Shown: in pieces, positions 21,401 to 26,364 of the stretch
How the letters are laid out: every line of letters starts with the position of its first letter
Numbering within the stretch: the first letter of the stretch is position 1
From: Salpingoeca rosetta
Lineage: Eukaryota; Protista; Choanoflagellata
DNA: 26,364 nucleotides
NCBI GenBank assembly: GCA_033442325.1
Contig: JAWQFM010000023.1
Coordinates: forward strand, 453,775 to 480,138
Reading direction: 5' to 3'
Position numbers and translations under genes: made by a program
Notes under the pieces: model-generated
What the model was told of the DNA's origin: nothing
Databases searched by the model: none
Seen by the model: the letters and a program-made list of their open reading frames with translations, nothing else

Positions 21401-24400
21401 GACGGGCCTGGACAAGCTGCTCGAGGCGTCCGAGTCTGTGGCGCAGCTGAGCGAGGAGCTCGTGGTGAAGGAGAAGGACCTGGCCGTGGCCTCGGAGGAG
21501 ACGGAGCGCGTGCTGCAGGAGGTGTCGCAGAGCGCCGCCGCCGCAGAGAAGGTCAAGTCCGAGGTGCAAAAGGTCAAGGACAAGGCGCAGGAGATTGTGG
21601 ACACCATCGACAAGGACAAGAAGGTGGCTGAGAAGAAGCTGGCCGCGGCCGTGCCTGCGCTGGCCGCGGCCGAGAGGGCGCTGGAGACGATCAAGCCCGC
21701 CGACATTGCCACGGTGAAGAAGCTGGGCAAGCCGCCGCACCTCATCATGCGCATCATGGACGCCGTGGTGATTCTGTTTGGGCGCAAGCTGGACCCCGTG
21801 GTGCCGGACCCGGAGCGGCCCTGCCCGACGCCCTCGTGGAAGGAGTCCCTCAAGACCATGAACGGCCCACTGCTAAGCGAGCTGGTCAACTTTGACAAGG
21901 ACACCATCAACGACGAGATGGTGGAGCTGCTTGAGCCGTACCTGGGCATGGAGGACTACAACATCGACCAGGCCAAGCGCGTGTGCGGCAACGTGGCTGG
22001 CCTGCTCTCGTGGACGGAGGCCATGGCCACCTTCTTCGGCATCAACAAGGAGGTGCTGCCGCTCAAGGCCAACCTGGCCGTTGCCGAGGCGAAGCTCAAG
22101 GTGGCGCAGGGCGAGTTGGCGGAGGCGCAGGGCGAGCTGGACGCCAAGCAGGCCGAGCTGGACGTGGTGCAGGCGCGCTACGACGCCGTGATGAAGAAGA
22201 AGCAGGAGCTGCAGGCGGACGCGGAGACGTGCCGGCGCAAGATGGCCTCTGCCTCTGCCCTCATCGGCGGCCTCAGCGGGGAGAAGGTGCGTTGGACGCA
22301 GCAGGCCAAGGAGTTTGAGGCGCAGATCAACCGGCTCGTCGGCGACGTGCTGCTCATGTGCGCCTTCATGTCGTACTCTGGGCCCTTCAACAACGAGTTC
22401 CGCACGCTGCTGCTCAGCGGGTGGCGCAAGGAGCTGGAAACGCGCACCATCCCCTTCACCAAGTCCCTCAACATTGTGGAGAACCTGGTGGACAACGCGA
22501 CCATTGGCGAGTGGGGCCTGCAAGGGCTTCCCAACGACGAGCTGTCGCTGCAGAACGGCATCATCGTCACCAAGGCCACGCGCTATCCGCTGCTGATTGA
22601 CCCGCAGGGCCAGGGCAAGGCGTGGATCAAGAACCGCGAGGCGAAGAACGAGATGCTGGTCACCACGCTGGACCACAAGTACTTCCGCACGCACCTGGAG
22701 GACGCCCTGTCGCAGGGCCGCCCGCTGCTGATTGAGGACGTGGTGGAGGAGTTGGACCCGTGCCTGGACAACGTCCTGGACAAGAACTTTATGAAGGCCG
22801 GTTCCACGTACAAGGTCAAGGTTGGCGACAAGGAGGTTGACATTATGGACGGCTTCATGCTGTACATCACCACCAAGCTGCCCAACCCGACGTACACGCC
22901 CGAGGTGTTTGCGCGCACGTCCATCATCGACTTCACCGTGACCATGAAGGGCCTGGAGGACCAGCTCCTGGCCAAGGTGATTCTCACGGAGAAGGCCGAG
23001 TTGGAGACGGAGCGCGTTGCGCTGGTGACGGAGGTCACGGCCAACAAGAAGAAGATGAAGGAGCTCGAGGACAACCTGCTGTACCGCCTGAGCAACACCA
23101 AGGGCTCGCTGGTCGACGACGAGAGCCTGATTGAGGTGCTGCAGGTGACGAAGACGACGGCAGAGGAAGTGAACGAGAAGCTGGCGGTGGCCGCAGACAC
23201 GGAGCTGAAGATCAACACCGCCCGTGAGGAGTACCGGCCCGTGGCCACGCGCGGGTCCATTCTGTACTTCCTCATTGTGGAGATGTCCATGGTCAACCCC
23301 ATGTACCAGACGTCGCTGGACCAGTTTTTGGGCATCTTCGACTTCAGCCTGGCGCACTCTGAGAAGTCGCCCGTGCCCATGAAGCGCATTGCCAAGATTA
23401 TCGAGTACATGACCTTTGTGGTGTTCAAGTACACGAGCCGCGGCCTGTACGAGAAGGACAAGTTCCTCTTCACCATCCTCCTCGCCCTCAAGATTGACCT
23501 GCAGCGCGGCAACGTGAAGCCAAACGAGTTTATGACGTTCATCAAGGGTGGTGCCGCGCTGGACCTCAACTCCGTGCAGCCCAAGCCCAAGTCGTGGATC
23601 CTCGACTCGACGTGGCTCAACCTGGTGCAGCTGAGCGAGCTGCCCATGTTCGCCGACATTCTCAACCAGGTGTCGCGCAATGACAAGGCTTGGCGCGCGT
23701 GGTTTGACGAGGACGTGCCCGAGGAGGCGCCGCTGCCGGACGGCTACGAGAGCACGCTCGACGTGTTCCGCCGGCTGCTGCTGGTGCGCTCGTGGTGCCC
23801 GGACCGCACGCTGGCGCAGGCGCGCAAGTACGTGGCCTCGTCACTTGGCCAGCGCTATGCCGACGCCGTGCTGCTTGACATGGAGGAGATGTACGGGGAG
23901 AGCGACGTGCGCACACCGCTGGTTGGCCTGCTGTCCATGGGCGCGGACCCGACGGGCGCCATCCAGCACCTGGCCAAGCTCAAGAAGGTGGAGTGTCGCG
24001 AGGTGTCCATGGGCCAGGGTCAGGAGGTGCACGCGCGCAAGCTCATCTCGGACTTCCAGCAGAACGGCGGGTTTGCGCTGCTGCAAAACTGCCACCTTGC
24101 CCTCGACTTTATGAACGAGGTCCTCGACACGGTGAAGACGGCGGAGAACGTCAACCCGGCGTTCCGACTGTGGGTGACCACGGAGGTGCACCCCAAGTTC
24201 CCCATCAATCTGCTGCAGTCGTCGATCAAGTTCACCAACGAGCCGCCGCAGGGCATCAAGGCCAACCTCAAGCGCACGTACGCGGACGTGACCCAGGACC
24301 AGCTGGACATCACCAACCTGCCCCAGTGGAAGCCCATGCTGTACGGCGTGGCATTCCTGCACGCCATTGTGCAGGAGCGGCGCAAGTTTGGCCCCCTTGG

Positions 24401-25667
24401 CTGGAACATCCCCTACGAGTTCAACCAGGGTGACCTGCTTGCCTCGTTCCAGTTTGTGCAGAACCACCTGGACGACATTGACCCGAAGAAGGGCGTGGCG
24501 TGGCCCACGGTGCGCTACATGCTGTCGGAGGTGCACTATGGCGGGCGCGTGACGGACGACCGCGACAAGCGCCTTCTCATCACATACTGCACGCTGTGGT
24601 TTGGCGAACACATGTTCAAGGACGACTTTGCCTTCTACAAAGGCTACGAGATTCCCAAGTGCGCCAAGATTGACGAGTTCCGCGACCACATCAGCCATCT
24701 CAACACTTTTGACGGGCCCGAGGTCTTTGGGCTGCATCCAAACGCGGACATCACGTACATGACCAACACGGCGCAGAACGTGCTGGCCACAATTGTTGAC
24801 ATCCAGCCCAAGGAGAGCGCTGCCTCCGGTGGCGAGACGCGCGAGGACGCCGTCAAGCGCCTGTGCAAGGAGTTCCAGCAGAAGCTGCCAGACGACTTTT
24901 TGCCGCACGAGGTCAAGGCGCGCCTGCGCAAAATGGGTGCCACCAACCCCATGAACATCTTCCTGCGGCAGGAGATTGACCGCATCCAGCGCGTCATCAC
25001 CCTCGTCCGCACCACCCTGTCCGACCTGCTGCTGGCCATTGACGGCACCATCATCATGAGCGAGACGCTGCGCGACGCCCTCGACAACATGTACGACGCG
25101 CGCGTGCCCAAGGCCTGGTCGGCCATCTCCTGGACGTCCATGACGCTGGGTTTCTGGTTTACGGAGCTGATTCTGCGCCACCAGCAGTTCCACAGCTGGT
25201 GCTTCCAGGGCCGCCCCGCGGCCTACTGGCTCACGGGCTTCTTCAACCCGCAGGGCTTTATCACGGCCATGCGACAGGAGATCACCCGCGCGCACAAGGG
25301 CTGGGCGCTGGACAGCGTTGTGTGCTGCAACGACATTACCAAGATGGCCGGCAAGGAGGATGTCAAGGAGCCGCCCAAGGAGGGCGTGTACATCTACGGC
25401 CTCTTCCTCGATGGCGCTGGCTGGGACAAGCGCAACAGCCAGCTCACAGACCCGCCACCCAAGGTGCTCTACACCCCGCTGCCTGTGCTGCACCTCTCCG
25501 CCATCAATTCCACCGCCGATCGTGACAAGCGCCTGTACGAGTGCCCCGTGTACCGCAAACCGCGCCGTACCGACCTCGAGTTTGTCACCATGGTTGACCT
25601 CAAGACCCCAGTGCCCCCAGAAAAGTGGATTCTGCGCGGTGTCGCCTTGCTTTGTGACACCAAGTGA
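9467..25667 (+). CDS. DNAH5: Axonemal outer-arm dynein heavy chain (DNAH5/DNAH8 type, gamma-HC class), ~4872 aa. Exons 9467-10277, 10556-11901, 12225-16783, 17045-17062, 17294, 17542, 17785-25667
   Basis: P1 GPAGTGKT (16725-16748), Walker [12 protein letters not shown]2 GPSGAGKT (18552), P3 GEPGTAKT (19560; DNAH5/8-like), P4 GVGGSGKQ (20655), stalk/MTBD coiled coil, tail motif ELEHWK, C-terminus [13 protein letters not shown]. Exon sum 14619 nt = 4873 codons. Attachment of exon 1 rests on phase compatibility (G|AG). The symbol denotes the DNAH5/8 clade, not a resolved one-to-one ortholog. Confidence 0.95.
9660..10150 (+). repeat. Coding minisatellite: EEAKT(DA)n(EA)n repeats in dynein exon 1
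   Basis: gaggaggccaagac recurs at about 9665, 9743, 9791, 9863 and 9971, with degenerate copies at ~10030 and ~10130, separated by (gacgca)n and (gaggct)n runs. Confidence 0.85.
17045..17062 (+). CDS. 18-nt microexon of the dynein heavy chain, encoding (R)LCVVF(N)
   Basis: acag|G CTT TGC GTC GTT TTC AA|gtacgg; it completes AG|G = Arg from exon 3 and supplies the conserved xxVVF strand after the AAA1 P-loop. Confidence 0.93.
17294..17294 (+). CDS. Single-nucleotide exon (C) completing the Asn codon AA|C of the dynein FNC motif
   Basis: ccacag|C|gtaagt: CAG at 17291-17293, perfect GTAAGT donor at 17295-17300; needed for frame and motif. Confidence 0.85.
17542..17542 (+). CDS. Single-nucleotide exon (T) starting the Cys codon T|GC of the dynein FNC motif
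   Basis: Pyrimidine tract ~17486-17536, then gatag|T|gtaagt: TAG at 17539-17541, GTAAGT at 17543-17548. The next exon starts cag|GC TCT GAT CAA ATG at 17785. Confidence 0.83.
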
Positions 25668-25706
25668 AGCGAAGGGAGAGGAATCCACACGTGTTTGCGT
25701 TTGCGT

Positions 25707-25708
<2 letters not shown>

Positions 25709-25785
<77 letters not shown>
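25709..25785. repeat. (GT)n microsatellite just downstream of the dynein stop codon
   Basis: Pure GT run starting ~40 nt after TGA 25665-25667. Confidence 0.95.
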
Positions 25786-25787
<2 letters not shown>

Positions 25788-26364
25788 TACTGCTTGTGTT
25801 TTGTTTGCATGTGTGAGAAGTACGAATGATTGAAACGAAGAAAGGCATGCAAGCAATGGCAAGGAGGAAGGCAGTGTGTGGGGTGTGCTAAAACTATGAT
25901 AACGTCCTATAAATGTTTGTGAAATGAGCTCCCTTTCTTCTGAATGTTAGCGAAAACAGAAGATAGCAACGCAACGTGGTGACGTGGCAGTGTTTGTTGA
26001 GAGTTGTGTGGTTATGTGGTGTGTTATGCAAGAGCATGTAACATCGAGCAACCACACAAGCTAAACACTGCACGTGCAACAGGTTGGAGGGAAATCACGT
26101 GAACATTCCAGAACACAAGAGAGGTGAATGTGAATTTGTGGTGTCGTGAAGAAGGGAGGTCAATGATGACTCAGCAGACAGGACTTGCCTGTCAACACTC
26201 CCCCGCATTGACCTACCTCTCTGCTGCGTTGATGTTCTGAAACGTGATGAGCATGTGGATGATGTCATGCATGTAGTGTTGAGATTCAGTGAGTTTCTGT
26301 TCTGTGTTAAGTCCTTCCTAATTTGCCTTCGCGTGTGGTTTTGTCTTGTTTGCCAACGGTGCGC

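Noticed and set aside
10597-25667. Treating ORFs 10597-12165, 11955-16898 and 17670-25667 as three separate genes
   Set aside because: They are collinear parts of one dynein heavy chain joined by phase-compatible GT-AG introns; their listed starts are non-ATG or intronic.
10690-25862. Long - strand ORFs opposite the dynein (e.g. 17769-21038, 15018-16925, 23841-25862)
   Set aside because: Shadow ORFs: strong codon bias on the + strand removes antisense stops; the translations show no recognisable domains.
26345-26360. Possible X-box half-site (tgccaac) at the window end
   Set aside because: Only a partial match, and the associated gene is outside the window.

Overview
Eukaryotic genomic DNA with short GT-AG introns (about 140-320 nt), abundant (CA)n/(TG)n microsatellites and strongly G/C-ending codons. 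This style suggests a choanoflagellate such as Salpingoeca rosetta, but that is an inference, not a match. Four protein-coding genes are readable: (1) the 3' part of a multi-exon + strand gene with a probable PTB-domain C-terminal half and a terminal PDZ-binding motif (142-1995); (2) an intronless - strand orphan ORF (3403-5184); (3) a four-exon - strand polypeptide GalNAc-transferase with a variant catalytic motif and an apparently doubled ricin-B lectin region (5740-8955); (4) a + strand axonemal outer-arm dynein heavy chain of the DNAH5/DNAH8 type (9467-25667, about 4872 aa), divergently transcribed and preceded by an RFX X-box. Main finding: the 1-kb gap just after the dynein AAA1 P-loop (16784-17784) is not one intron. 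It resolves into four ~230-260 nt introns separating an 18-nt microexon and two consecutive single-nucleotide exons (C at 17294, T at 17542), each written AG|N|GTAAGT. Including both restores the frame and rebuilds the conserved VVFNCSDQMD motif. Also notable: a ~100-bp inverted repeat at 2739-3159 and a consistent UG-at-5'/CA-at-3' polarity inside introns.
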